Assembly: GCA_965203515.1 (NCBI GenBank)
Contig: OZ241907.1
Span: forward strand, 1,504,001 to 1,568,000
Source of the DNA: Spirochaetia bacterium
Lineage (GTDB): Bacteria; Spirochaetota; Spirochaetia; SZUA-6; Bin103
Length of the DNA stretch: 64,000 bases
Direction: 5' to 3'
Shown here: positions 28,628 to 38,358 of the stretch, one piece after another
How the letters are laid out: every line of letters starts with the position of its first letter
Numbering within the stretch: position 1 is the stretch's first letter
Notes under the pieces: model-generated
What the model was told of the DNA's origin: nothing
Seen by the model: only the letters and a program-made list of their open reading frames with translations
Database searches by the model: none
Made by a program: the position numbers and the translations under genes

Positions 28628-29101
28628 CTACGAGAGCAACGCGAACACCGTCGTCAGCGAGGTGATGACCACGAAGCCCACGCCGATCATCCACGTCAGC
28701 GTGTTGAAGCGCTTGTCCACCGTCTCGAACCGCTTGTCCACCGTCTCGAACCGCTTGTCGAGGTGCCCGATCAGATCCTCGAACCGTCTGTTCATATCCT
28801 CGAAGCGCTTGTCGACCGCTTCGAAACGCTTGTCGACCGCTTCGAAGCGCTTGTTTATATCCTCGAAGCGCTTGTCGACCGCCTCGAATCGCCGCTCCAT
28901 GAACCCGAAGCGCTCGTCCATCAGCACCCGCAGCGCCTTGAGCTCTTCCTCGACCCGAACCATCCGCTCCAACAGGACGGCGGGGACATCGACCGTCTCC
29001 GCCCGAGGGACCACGTGGTTCACCATCTCTCGGAGCCACGGCTTGACGTAGTCTCCGATGCGGACGACATCCTCTTCCTTCAGCATCACCGGCTCTCCCA
29101 T
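28628..29101 (-). CDS. Bdr/DUF1640-like coiled-coil protein, copy 3 (157 aa; six more heptads than copy 1)
   Basis: Same architecture as copies 1 and 2; directly in tandem with copy 2. Confidence 0.85.
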   Translation of the reverse strand: MGEPVMLKEEDVVRIGDYVKPWLREMVNHVVPRAETVDVPAVLLERMVRVEEELKALRVLMDERFGFMERRFEAVDKRFEDINKRFEAVDKRFEAVDKRFEDMNRRFEDLIGHLDKRFETVDKRFETVDKRFNTLTWMIGVGFVVITSLTTVFALLS

Positions 29102-29205
29102 CGGCACCTCCCGCTACTATAGCCGATAACGCGCCGGCGGCGCAGGCGCTTCAATCCGTCCGATCGACCGGTACGGTGTCCGGCGACGATCAAGACGAGA
29201 ACGCG

Positions 29206-32149
29206 CTACCTCGACCTTGGGGCGGCCAACAGCATGGCGTCGAGCAGGCGCTTCTCGCGGGCGCCGCGCGGATAGAGCGCCGACAGGGCGTTGGCCAGGC
29301 GCAGGAAGTCGGGGCCGCGCTCGTGCTCGGCCTTGAGCAGCGCTCGCAACGCATTGGCGTGGCCGTTCGCCTGCAGCAGCATGGCGGCGTGCACGCGGTC
29401 GAGCGTGGTGGCGGCCACCGCCCGCAGCTCGACGTCGCCGTCCAGGATGCCGGCCCGGCGGCGCTTGCGGCCGCCGGTGCGGGGCGCGCGGTCCCACTCC
29501 GGGAACAGCGAGCGCTGCAGGCCGGCGGCCGGGTCGGCCTCGATCCAGTCGGCGGCGGCGCCGGCGCCGGCGTCGCCAACAGGTCCTTGGCGCGCTCGGC
29601 CACCGGCAGCAGGCGCACCACGCCCTTGGCCTGGGCGATGACGCGGCCGGTCCAGCGCTCCAGGTCGATGCCCATCGGCTGCGCGAAGCGGCGCACCACG
29701 TCGAACGGCAGGTTGAGGCTTTGTGCCGCGGCCGCTTCGTCCTCCTCGTCGTCTTCCACGCCACGGCCATCGCCGCCGGCGTCGGTGGTCTGCAGCGTCC
29801 AGAGGAACAGCGCCGTGAGGCGCGCGTCTTCTTCCAGCGCGCCGGTCATGCCGTTGCGGGCGCGGGCTTCGGCGGCGCCGAGGACGGTTTCGAGGGCGGC
29901 GCGGCCGACCACCTCCCACACCTTTTCCAGGTACTCCGGCAGGCCGACCGTGCGCCCGGCGGCGGTCTCGACCGCGCGGTAGCGGCTGTAGAGTTCGAGC
30001 GCCGGGCCGATGCAGGCGAACACCAGGTCGGCGCCGCGCACGCCTTCGCCCTGCAGGCGCGCCATCCACTCGGCGACGCGCACCGGCAGCGCGTGCAGCA
30101 CGTCGGCCCAATCGCCGACCGGCGCGTCGGCCGGCCGCGGCCGGCAGATCAGGTGAATGCTGGTGGCCAGCGCGGCGGAATCGCGCGCCCGCAGTCGGGT
30201 GCCCAGTTCGGTGGCGATCGGCCAGGAGCCGGTGATGGTCCAGCCGCCGCGGATCATGCCGACCAGCAGCGCCTCCCAGCCTTCGGTGGTCTTGTGCGCG
30301 AAGACGACGGAGCCGACGCCGTGTTCGGCGAGCATGCGGCGTCCCTCGGCGAACGCTCTTGCCATCGTCTCCTCGAACCACCGGCGGTCCTTCGGGCGGC
30401 CATCCTGCCGCTTGGTCTCGTCCTGCACCGCCTCGCGTGTCTTGGGAGACAAGCGATTATCTGCGTCGAACGGGTCCCGCAGGAGTGGATGTCCGGGCAG
30501 CGTGCGCTTGAGCCAGACGAGGAAGAAGTCGGAGAGGTCGGCATACGGAACGGCGTCATAGTAGGGAGGATCGGTAAACCAGACCGAGGCGGACTCGTCG
30601 GGGAGAGGATGGTCGGTAGCGTCCGCCGGCTGAGTCTGGCCCCGACCGCGGCTGACCGATGCATCGACGACATCGGCGATAAGTTCGTATCCGCTTTGCC
30701 AGTTGCCCGGCGCTTCGGCTGTTATCACGACCTCCGCAAAGTCCCACACCATGGGGATCGCCTGGCGACCGAACGTATGCTCTTCTCAGCCATGGCATTC
30801 CATCGAGTACACGTCATGTTGCTCATGGATACGCGGTTGAATGCGCAGGCTAATATCGAGGCGATCCCGGCTGCGCTGCCGCTCCGAACGACGTCGAGTA
30901 AGTTGACCAGCGCCATTTTCTGGCGAGCGGAGAAGAGGTCGGCCCAGCGGAGCATGCCGTAGCGCTGCACGCGGAACCCCAGCGTGCCGATCGGCGGCAG
31001 CGGTTCGTCCGGCACTGGGCACAGTCCCTGCTTGCCGCCGCGCTCCCACTCGCCCAGCAGCGCCGCCAGCCGCTCCTGCGCCCGCCGCACCGCCGCGTAG
31101 TCCGCCTCGCCCGCCGGCCGGTAGTGCCGCCCCGGCGCATCCGCCCGCAGCGTCACCACCGCCGTCAGCCGCGCGCCGCCGGTCCGCCGTCCGTCCGCGT
31201 CGAACACCGCATCGGCGCCGCCGCGCTGCGCCGCAAGCTGCGCCCGCACCCGCTCCGGCGCCAGCACCGCGCCGCAGCACAAGCACGCCGCCCGCGCCCG
31301 CGCCACCGTACCGCCCGGCACCTCCGCGTCCGCCGCCGGCGTGAACACCTCGAACCGCACCGCCGGCGGCCCCTCCGGCCGGCGCTCCACCCGATAGCGC
31401 AGCGCCCGCTTGCGCTTCGGCTTGCGGCACAGCCAGAACGAGCGCATCAGCGGCAGCTCCGCCCCGCACTGCGGCGCCTCGCAGCGCACCGTGCGCGCCC
31501 ACAGGTAGGCGATCGGCGTCTCCCTGTCGGGGTCGGCCGGGTACAGGTCGGCCAACTCCTGCGCCGCCGCGTCCCGTATCTCGCCGCCGGCCCGGCGCAG
31601 TTCAGCGGCCAGCCCCGGACCGTGGCGGGGGATGTCCTCCAGCATCACCTTGAGGATCAGGCACGCCACCGGGTTCAGGTCGCTGGCGAACGCCTCGCAG
31701 CCGAGGCGTAGCGCCTCCAGCGGGATGGAGCCGCCGCCGGCGAACGGATCGACCACCAACGGCGCCTCCTCGCCATGCGCGGCCCGCACCAGTTCGCGGC
31801 CGACGCGCAGGCAGGTCGAGTGCGCCGCCAGGTCCCAGTTGGCGAATTCGCCGATGAACCGGAGCAGCGCGGCGCGCAGCTCGGCGTCATCCGCCGGCGG
31901 CTGCCGCACCGCGCCCAGGATGGCGCGCGCCTGCCGCTTGAAGGCGTCGGGGCAGTGCGGGTCGAGCGGATCGGGCAGCAGCAGGGCCAGCAGCACGGCG
32001 CGCGACGAGGCGAGCGGGCGCCGCGCCCACCAGAGATGGAGCGTGGACGGATGCCCGTGGCGGATCGACTTCTCCCGCGCCGCGTGCCGGGACACCTCGG
32101 CGATCGGAAAGTCGACCTCGGCCAGCCGCCGGCACGCGCGGGGAATCAC
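29206..32149 (-). pseudogene. DUF1156-type adenine-specific DNA methyltransferase with two frameshifts (~30780 and ~29578)
   Basis: N-terminus EVDFPIAEVS..EKSIRHGHPSTLHLWWARRPLA, motif I DPFAGGGSIP and motif IV TDPPYYD. The product is split over three frames (AEK|HTFGRQAIPMVWDF and KDL|GDAGA). Confidence 0.85.
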
Positions 32150-32308
32150 GATACGACGATCGCCGCTGCGATTACCGTTGATCGCCTATATCGAGAACGT
32201 AAAGCGTCCTGAAAATCCATCGTAAGCACTCCTTGGCATATGACGTCGCGGCCAATGAGTACCTGGAAAGGTCTTCATGCTGCATGGGGCGGATTAGCCG
32301 GACGGGGA

Positions 32309-32374
32309 CGGGGCATCCTCGCCATGCGCGGCCCGCATCAGTTCACGGCCGGCGCGCGGGTAAGGTCGGGTGCG
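32309..32374 (-). repeat. Diverged ~65-bp copy of the DUF1156 internal segment 31760-31824
   Basis: Encodes RAGRELMRAAHGEDAP versus RVGRELVRAAHGEEAP in the gene. Confidence 0.8.
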
Positions 32375-32386
32375 AGCACGGACGTC

Positions 32387-32417
32387 GAGCGGCGCACCCC
32401 CGGGGGATGCGCCGCTC
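32387..32417 (-). terminator. GC-rich hairpin downstream of the SBP gene (no clear T-tract)
   Basis: GAGCGGCGCA...TGCGCCGCTC stem with C5/G5 in the centre. Confidence 0.5.
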
Positions 32418-32446
32418 CATATCGTGAACGAAAACGCCGGGTGCGG

Positions 32447-34291
32447 TTACTGGACGCTGTCCCAGGTCGCCTTGGCCTCGGCCACCTTGGTGGTCCAGGC
32501 ATGCATGAGCTGGTCGCCGCCCGCTTCCCGGTACTCGGCCACGTACTCGTCCCAGTCGGCCATCACGTCCTTGTTGCCCAGGACGAACGCGACCCACCAC
32601 TTGTTCCTGATGTCGGTCAGCGCCGCCGCGATCTGCGTCTCTTCCTCGCTCAGGACGACCAAGTCCAGGTACTGCGGCCATCCTTCCCAACCTTCGGCCA
32701 GAAAGGTGTTCCACACCTCGTTGGCGGCCTGGAACTGGCACCAGCTCGGCGGGTTGGGTCCCGCGCACTCGGCGCAGCCGCCGCCCCGCCAGACGTCAGA
32801 GTACGGCGCTTCGCAGGCCGAGCCCTCCGGGACCGCCAACGCCGCGCTCTCGCGCTCGGTGCGCACGTCGCGGACGTGCTGGATCGCCTCGAACCAGTTG
32901 CCGAACTCGGCGTAGGGGACGATGCCGTTGTCGTAGTTGGAGGTGGCCACGCCCGGATACCACATCAGATCGCCCGGCGCCTGCGCCTCCATCTCTTCCA
33001 GCGTGCGCCCCTGCATCCACTGGCCGCGGATGTCCCGGAAGAACTCGTCCATGTCGAAGTCGCTGTAGTCGTCCCTGGTGTAGTGGATGCCCTTGATGCC
33101 GAACCAGCGCGCCGCCTGCCCTTCCTCGCTGACCCACCATTCGACCAGATCGAGCGCCCGGTCCGGGTTCTCGCTGAAGGACGGAACGGTGATCGCGCGA
33201 TAGACGCCCAACGGCACCTCGGTGTCGTGCGCGCGTCCGCCGGGGCCGCGAATCGGATGCAGCATCTGCGGAAAGTCGGCCAGGGTCGCTTCCGGGTTGG
33301 CGGCCTGGAACTTCTTGAACTGCTGCACGTAGGAGTCGGGGCGCGGCCCCTTGTACATGCCGGACAGGTGCTTGCCGGCAGCGATCTGGTCGATGTAGTC
33401 GAACAGCTCGCCGGTCAGCCAGCCCGGATAGATGAGCTGCTCGGCCGCGTGCTGCTGCACGGTCTGCCAGATCACCTGATTGCGGGGGTCGATCGCTGCG
33501 TCGTACCAGTCGCCGTCCGCGTCCTGCGCGAAGCTGGTGTCGCGCGGACCGCCGAATCCGACCTCCAGGCCGTGCGTCTGGAAGTAGAGGTAGTTGAGCC
33601 CCTTCCAGTGGATGCCCTTGTAGGTCGGCCAGCCAAAGCCGGTGGCGCCCAGCCGGTCGCGCGCCTGCCGCATGGCGTGGACCTGCTCTTCGTAGGTCTC
33701 CGGGACGTCCAGCCCCAGCTCGTCGAGCATGAAGCCGTTGTAGACGATGGCGCTGTCGGTGATCGGCTTGAAGCGGTTGCCGGTCATCACCGCGTAGTAG
33801 TTGTCGGCGCCCCCGTTCTGCACCAGGTTGTACAGCCGGTAGACCGGGTCCTGGAAGATCGCGTGCAGGATCGGATAACGGTCCGGCTGCGCGTTGACGA
33901 TCTCTCCCACGTTGGTCAGCAGGCCGTCTTCGATCCAGCCCTGCCAGCGCGTCAGCCCCAGCCACGGGTGACCGGGCCACATCATCACCAGGTCGGGAGC
34001 CGTGCCGGCGGCCATGATCGACACGATGTACTCGCCGTCGCCGCCCCCGCCGTACTCCATGCTGAAGTCGACGTTGAACGTCTCCTCGACGTAGGCCCAG
34101 ATGCGGTCCTGCGCGACCAGGTCCATGTCCCAGCCGGTCGGATCGAATCCGCGATAGAGCATTCCGATCGGCACCCGCTCCATCATCCCCGCTCCGGCCG
34201 CCTCGTCCTGTCCGGCGGCGAAGAGGTGAGCGCCCGCCAAAAGGAACGACGCGCCGATCGCTGCGCAGAGCAGCTTGCGTGCATTCGCCAT
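32447..34291 (-). CDS. Carbohydrate ABC transporter extracellular solute-binding protein
   Basis: GGAGGA RBS; leader ..AHLFAAGQDE; MAAGTAPDL, LGLDVPETYEE, ENPDRALDLV and WDEYVAEYREAGG. Confidence 0.85.
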   Translation of the reverse strand: MANARKLLCAAIGASFLLAGAHLFAAGQDEAAGAGMMERVPIGMLYRGFDPTGWDMDLVAQDRIWAYVEETFNVDFSMEYGGGGDGEYIVSIMAAGTAPDLVMMWPGHPWLGLTRWQGWIEDGLLTNVGEIVNAQPDRYPILHAIFQDPVYRLYNLVQNGGADNYYAVMTGNRFKPITDSAIVYNGFMLDELGLDVPETYEEQVHAMRQARDRLGATGFGWPTYKGIHWKGLNYLYFQTHGLEVGFGGPRDTSFAQDADGDWYDAAIDPRNQVIWQTVQQHAAEQLIYPGWLTGELFDYIDQIAAGKHLSGMYKGPRPDSYVQQFKKFQAANPEATLADFPQMLHPIRGPGGRAHDTEVPLGVYRAITVPSFSENPDRALDLVEWWVSEEGQAARWFGIKGIHYTRDDYSDFDMDEFFRDIRGQWMQGRTLEEMEAQAPGDLMWYPGVATSNYDNGIVPYAEFGNWFEAIQHVRDVRTERESAALAVPEGSACEAPYSDVWRGGGCAECAGPNPPSWCQFQAANEVWNTFLAEGWEGWPQYLDLVVLSEEETQIAAALTDIRNKWWVAFVLGNKDVMADWDEYVAEYREAGGDQLMHAWTTKVAEAKATWDSVQ

Positions 34292-34364
34292 GTGAGCTAT
34301 CCTCCAGAGGTCCCGATCGTACCCCACGCGCGCCGCCGCGGTCCAGCGGCCGGAGAGAATCCCC

Positions 34365-36683
34365 ATGGCGATGCCGCGATTGACCGCCGCCATCGGTCCC
34401 GACCACACCGATCGGCAGATACTGCGCTTCCACCGCGTCCGCGTCGAGCGTCAGGAGGTGCTGTACGGCGACGCCGACCCGCAGCTCTGCCGGCACGGAG
34501 CGGGGCTGGTGCTGTGCGGCCGCGGCGGATCGCTGGCGACCAGCGATGACGGGGGCGAGAGCTGGTCGCAGCTTCCCGACCTGGCGGCGCCGGAGGCGGC
34601 GGGCGGCGCGGTGCTGGCGCTGGCCGCGCGCGCGGACGGGACCCTGGCGGCGGCGATCGAGCGGCGCGGCGCCCTGCTGATCCTGTGCGCCGACGACGCG
34701 GCCGGGCCGTGGCGGCCGGCCGCCGCGATCGACGCCGGGTTGGCCCGGCATGGGTTGACCGGCGCCGAGGGGCCGGCCGGGCCGCCGACCGCTCGCCTGG
34801 CGCCGCTGGCCGGCGGCCCGCTGCTGCTCTGTCTGCCGGGCCGCATCCTCCGTTCGACGGACGCCGCCGCGTGGGAGACGGTGGCCGAGCCGCCGGCCGA
34901 CTGGGAGCCGCTGCATCCGCTGCAGCTCCGCTCCGGCCGGCTGATCGCGCCGGTGGCGGACGGAGCCGGCGCGGTGGCGCTGGCCGAGTCGACCGACGGC
35001 GGGGCCGATTGGGACGTGCCGGACCGATTCGCGCCGCTCGCCGCCGAGTTGACGGAGCTTCCCGACGGCCGGCTGGTGCTGAGCTACGGCATGCCGCACT
35101 TCCCCTACGGCGCCCGCGCCGTGATCGGCGCCGCCGGCCTCGGCGCGGGGGACGGCGGAGCGGGGAACGGCGGCGCCGTCGCCTGGGGAGACGAGGTCTA
35201 CGTGCTCGGCCTCAGCCGCTACGCCATCCGCGCAAAGGCGCGCCCGGTGCTGGCCGGGCCGGGACCGGTGGCCGGTCCGGGACCGCTGGCCGGGCCGGGA
35301 CCGGTGCTGGCCGGGCCGGGAACCGGCGCCGCGGCGGCGGTGACCGGCGACGGCGTGATCGTCTCCGCCTACCACCGCGGCGCGGCGCTCGGTTCGTACG
35401 CGCCGACCATCTACGGTCCGGGGATGGACGAATGGGGGCGCAGGCCGGCGATCGGCGTGGTGCGCTGGACTCCGGAGGGCCTGGACCGGCCGCCGCTGGT
35501 CTACCCCAACCTGTGGACGGAGCGGACCGACGCGCGCGGCTACCTGGACAACGGCATGGTGCGCATGCGCCCCGACGACCGCTACGAGGGCGGTGACTAC
35601 GTCGAAAACTTCGAGATGGTGGTCTACCGCCGCGCGGCGGCCGAACAGCGCTATTTTCCGGGAGCCGGCGCCAAGGGCGTGGTCGTCTGCCGCCACCCTG
35701 ACGGCAGCTTGGTCTACACCAGCCGCGACCGCCGCATCCACCGCTCCACCGACGAGGGCCGCACCTGGAGCCTGGTGGCCGAAGTCCCCCTGCCCGGTCG
35801 GCAGCCGTCGGTGTTCGGGTTCGGCGTGACCGACGCCGGCACCTTGCTGCTCTCCTACGCCGTGCTGGTCGACCCGGCGGACCCGGCGCGCGGCACGCAC
35901 AACACGCACGAGCCGCGCGTGGCGCGCAGCGACGACGGCGGACGGACCTGGACCGACGCCGAGCTGGCGCCCCGGCCGACGCGCTACTGCGGCCTGGGCG
36001 ACGGCAGCCGCATCGTGCAGCTCGCCGGCGGCGCCGTGATCGCCGGCGGAGCCGTGATCGCCTGCTGCAGCAACGCCTGGAACGATCCGGCGCGGCAGGC
36101 CGGCTACGAAGGCGACGTCCTGCTCCGCTCGCACGACGACGGCCGGACCTGGGGCGACTGGACGGTGCTGCCGCCCGGCTGCTGCGAGTCGAACCTGCTG
36201 GAGCTGCCGTCCGGCGAGCTGCTCTGCGCGACGCGCTACCAGCGCGAATACCTGACCGTCGACCTCTTCGACGCGCCGGCCGGGCAGGGCGGCGGCCGCC
36301 CGACGTGGCCCGCGCCTTCCCGCAACCGGGCCGGGCCGGGCCGCTTCAAGAACGAGGCGATCATGTTCTCCACCGACGGCGGCTACGACTGGACCACCCC
36401 GTTTCTGGTCACCCGCCTGCACATGTGCTCCGCGGACATCGTGCGCCTGCCGGACGGCCGCGTCGTGCTCACCTACGACCACAAGGACGCGGTCGGCGGC
36501 CCGCGCGCCCTGGTCAGCCCCGACGGCGGGCGCACCTGGGGCGCCGAGCACTACATCCTCTCCTACCACCCCATGGACGCCCGCACCAGCTCGGTGACGC
36601 TCCGCGACGGCCGCGTGCTCACCCTGTGGGCGGGAGCCCGCGACCAGGGCATCCACGCCACCACCTGGTCGCCCGAGGACTGA
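34365..36683 (+). CDS. Multi-domain BNR/Asp-box sialidase-like protein
   Basis: At least seven Asp boxes (SDDGGESW, STDGGADW, STDEGRTW, SDDGGRTW, SHDDGRTW, STDGGYDW, SPDGGRTW). Confidence 0.75.
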   Translation: MAMPRLTAAIGPDHTDRQILRFHRVRVERQEVLYGDADPQLCRHGAGLVLCGRGGSLATSDDGGESWSQLPDLAAPEAAGGAVLALAARADGTLAAAIERRGALLILCADDAAGPWRPAAAIDAGLARHGLTGAEGPAGPPTARLAPLAGGPLLLCLPGRILRSTDAAAWETVAEPPADWEPLHPLQLRSGRLIAPVADGAGAVALAESTDGGADWDVPDRFAPLAAELTELPDGRLVLSYGMPHFPYGARAVIGAAGLGAGDGGAGNGGAVAWGDEVYVLGLSRYAIRAKARPVLAGPGPVAGPGPLAGPGPVLAGPGTGAAAAVTGDGVIVSAYHRGAALGSYAPTIYGPGMDEWGRRPAIGVVRWTPEGLDRPPLVYPNLWTERTDARGYLDNGMVRMRPDDRYEGGDYVENFEMVVYRRAAAEQRYFPGAGAKGVVVCRHPDGSLVYTSRDRRIHRSTDEGRTWSLVAEVPLPGRQPSVFGFGVTDAGTLLLSYAVLVDPADPARGTHNTHEPRVARSDDGGRTWTDAELAPRPTRYCGLGDGSRIVQLAGGAVIAGGAVIACCSNAWNDPARQAGYEGDVLLRSHDDGRTWGDWTVLPPGCCESNLLELPSGELLCATRYQREYLTVDLFDAPAGQGGGRPTWPAPSRNRAGPGRFKNEAIMFSTDGGYDWTTPFLVTRLHMCSADIVRLPDGRVVLTYDHKDAVGGPRALVSPDGGRTWGAEHYILSYHPMDARTSSVTLRDGRVLTLWAGARDQGIHATTWSPED
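35244..35321 (+). repeat. In-frame 18-21-bp tandem repeat x4 (PVLAGPG PVAGPG PLAGPG PVLAGPG)
   Basis: Units of 21, 18, 18 and 21 nt. Confidence 0.9.
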
Positions 36684-36699
36684 GGCGCGAAGCCTGCGG

Positions 36700-38313
36700 A
36701 TGCCCGCCTCGACGCTCCCCGACCCCAGACCGCCGCGGGACTGGGAGCTGATCTACGTCAGCGATCCGTCCAACGTCACCAACTATGACTTCGATCCCGG
36801 CGACGCCCGGCCCCTGATCACCCGGCATCCCGCCGCGCCGGCGGAGCTCGCCGCCTTCATCGACCACGCCGCCGCCAGCGACGCCGACGCGTTCGTGCAG
36901 GAGGTCTACAACGCCGGCTGGATCATGTACTTCCGCTCCGATCGCTTCGAGTACGACGCGCGCCCGCAGCACCGGCGGTTCCTGCCGATGATGGACGACG
37001 GCGTCATGCCGCTGCAGGTGATGCTGGAGCGATCCCGCACGCGCGGCATGCGCTTCCTGGCCGGCTTCCGGGTCAACGACAACCACGGCGCCCCCGATCA
37101 GGGCGGCATGTTCCTGCACCGGAACCCGCAGTGGAAGCTCACCGACGCGCCGCCCGGCGGCGCCTTCCTGCCCGGCAACCGGATGGACTATTCGGTCGCC
37201 GAGGTGCGCGACTACCTGTTCGAGGTCGTCGCCGAGGTGGTGTCGCGGTTCGACGTCGACGGCGTGCTCCTCACCTTCCGCGACGGGCTCTACTTCCCCG
37301 CCCCGAACGGCGATCGGCGCCTTGCCCGCGAGCGGCAGCCGTTGATGACCGGTCTGCTCGAGCGGCTGCGCGCCCTGCTCGACGAGCGGGGCCGGGCGCG
37401 CGGGCGGCGGCTGGAACTGGGCGCGCTGGTGCCGCAGACCCTGGAGGACTGCCATGCCGTGGGGCTCGACGCGCCGGCCTGGATCGGCGGCGGGCTGGTC
37501 GACTTCGTGTCGCCCATGGACTCGGCGTTCACGGACTTCAACGCCGCCTACGACGAGTTCGCCGCGCTCACCGCCGGCACGCCGTGCCGGCTCTACCCCG
37601 GCGTCCAGCCCTACTGCTCGTCGTATGAGAGCTTCGGCCCGCCGGCGACGCCGGAGAACTACCGGGCCCTGGCCCACGCCCTGCGCCGCCAGGGCGCCGA
37701 CGGCATGTCGGTCTACAACTTCCAGAAGCACTGGGGCGGGTTCCGTTCCGGCCGGCGCGGCGCGGAGACCGGCTATCCGGCGGCGTTCCGCTATCTGCGC
37801 GAGGCGCGCGACCTGCAGCGGGTCGCCGACGGCGTCCGCCACTACACCTACCGCTCCCTGTGGGGCGGGTACCGCGGCATCAGCCCGTCCGGCGCCAACG
37901 TGTGCGGGACGATGCGGGACCGGAAGCTGGTGCTGCCGCGCGCGCCGGGCAATCCGTCGGCGAGCTACCGGTTCCGGTTGTTCGAGGAGGTCGAACGGAC
38001 CGCCGCGGCCACGCTGTTCGCCCGCGCCGTCGGCCTGGGGCCGGCCGACCGGATCGCCGTCCGCCTCAACGGCGCCGCCGTTCCCGACGCGCGGCTCCGC
38101 CGCATCCACCACCGCGAAGGCCGGCCCGAGAACGGCGGCCGCGCGCTGCCGCCGCACACCACCTGCGTCATCGATCTGACCCCGGACCTGGTCGTTGCCG
38201 GCGACAACGAGCTTGCGGTCACGCTGCTGTTCTCCGGCATGGCCGCGCTGAGCGCGGCCGACGGCCAGGCTATCGTCATCGACGAGGTCGACGTGACGAT
38301 CGTCCCGGCCTGA
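36700..38313 (+). CDS. GH10-like (GHL10/DUF187-type) glycoside hydrolase-like protein
   Basis: LIYVSD, AGFRVNDNH, MDYSVAEVRD..FDVDGVLLTF and GADGMSVYNF. Confidence 0.6.
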   Translation: MPASTLPDPRPPRDWELIYVSDPSNVTNYDFDPGDARPLITRHPAAPAELAAFIDHAAASDADAFVQEVYNAGWIMYFRSDRFEYDARPQHRRFLPMMDDGVMPLQVMLERSRTRGMRFLAGFRVNDNHGAPDQGGMFLHRNPQWKLTDAPPGGAFLPGNRMDYSVAEVRDYLFEVVAEVVSRFDVDGVLLTFRDGLYFPAPNGDRRLARERQPLMTGLLERLRALLDERGRARGRRLELGALVPQTLEDCHAVGLDAPAWIGGGLVDFVSPMDSAFTDFNAAYDEFAALTAGTPCRLYPGVQPYCSSYESFGPPATPENYRALAHALRRQGADGMSVYNFQKHWGGFRSGRRGAETGYPAAFRYLREARDLQRVADGVRHYTYRSLWGGYRGISPSGANVCGTMRDRKLVLPRAPGNPSASYRFRLFEEVERTAAATLFARAVGLGPADRIAVRLNGAAVPDARLRRIHHREGRPENGGRALPPHTTCVIDLTPDLVVAGDNELAVTLLFSGMAALSAADGQAIVIDEVDVTIVPA

Positions 38314-38358
38314 GCCGCCACACGCTATTTCCGCGGGCCCACCCGGTCCGCGGCCGCC

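Noticed and set aside
28240..28900. Regular 21-nt repeats resembling a CRISPR array
   Set aside because: The units are contiguous, in-frame coding heptads with no unique spacers, leader or cas genes.
26866..29101. Diversity-generating retroelement template/variable repeats
   Set aside because: No reverse transcriptase is present, and the differences between copies are repeat-number changes and mixed substitutions, not adenine-specific.
29570..30790. Programmed frameshifting or phase variation in the DUF1156 gene
   Set aside because: Neither break lies in a homopolymer, simple-sequence repeat or slippery heptamer; decay or sequencing error is more likely.
32796..36656. 1286-aa minus-strand ORF and many other long Arg/Ala/Gly/Pro-rich ORFs
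   Set aside because: These are shadow frames of real genes in high-GC DNA; they have no motifs and overlap well-supported CDSs.
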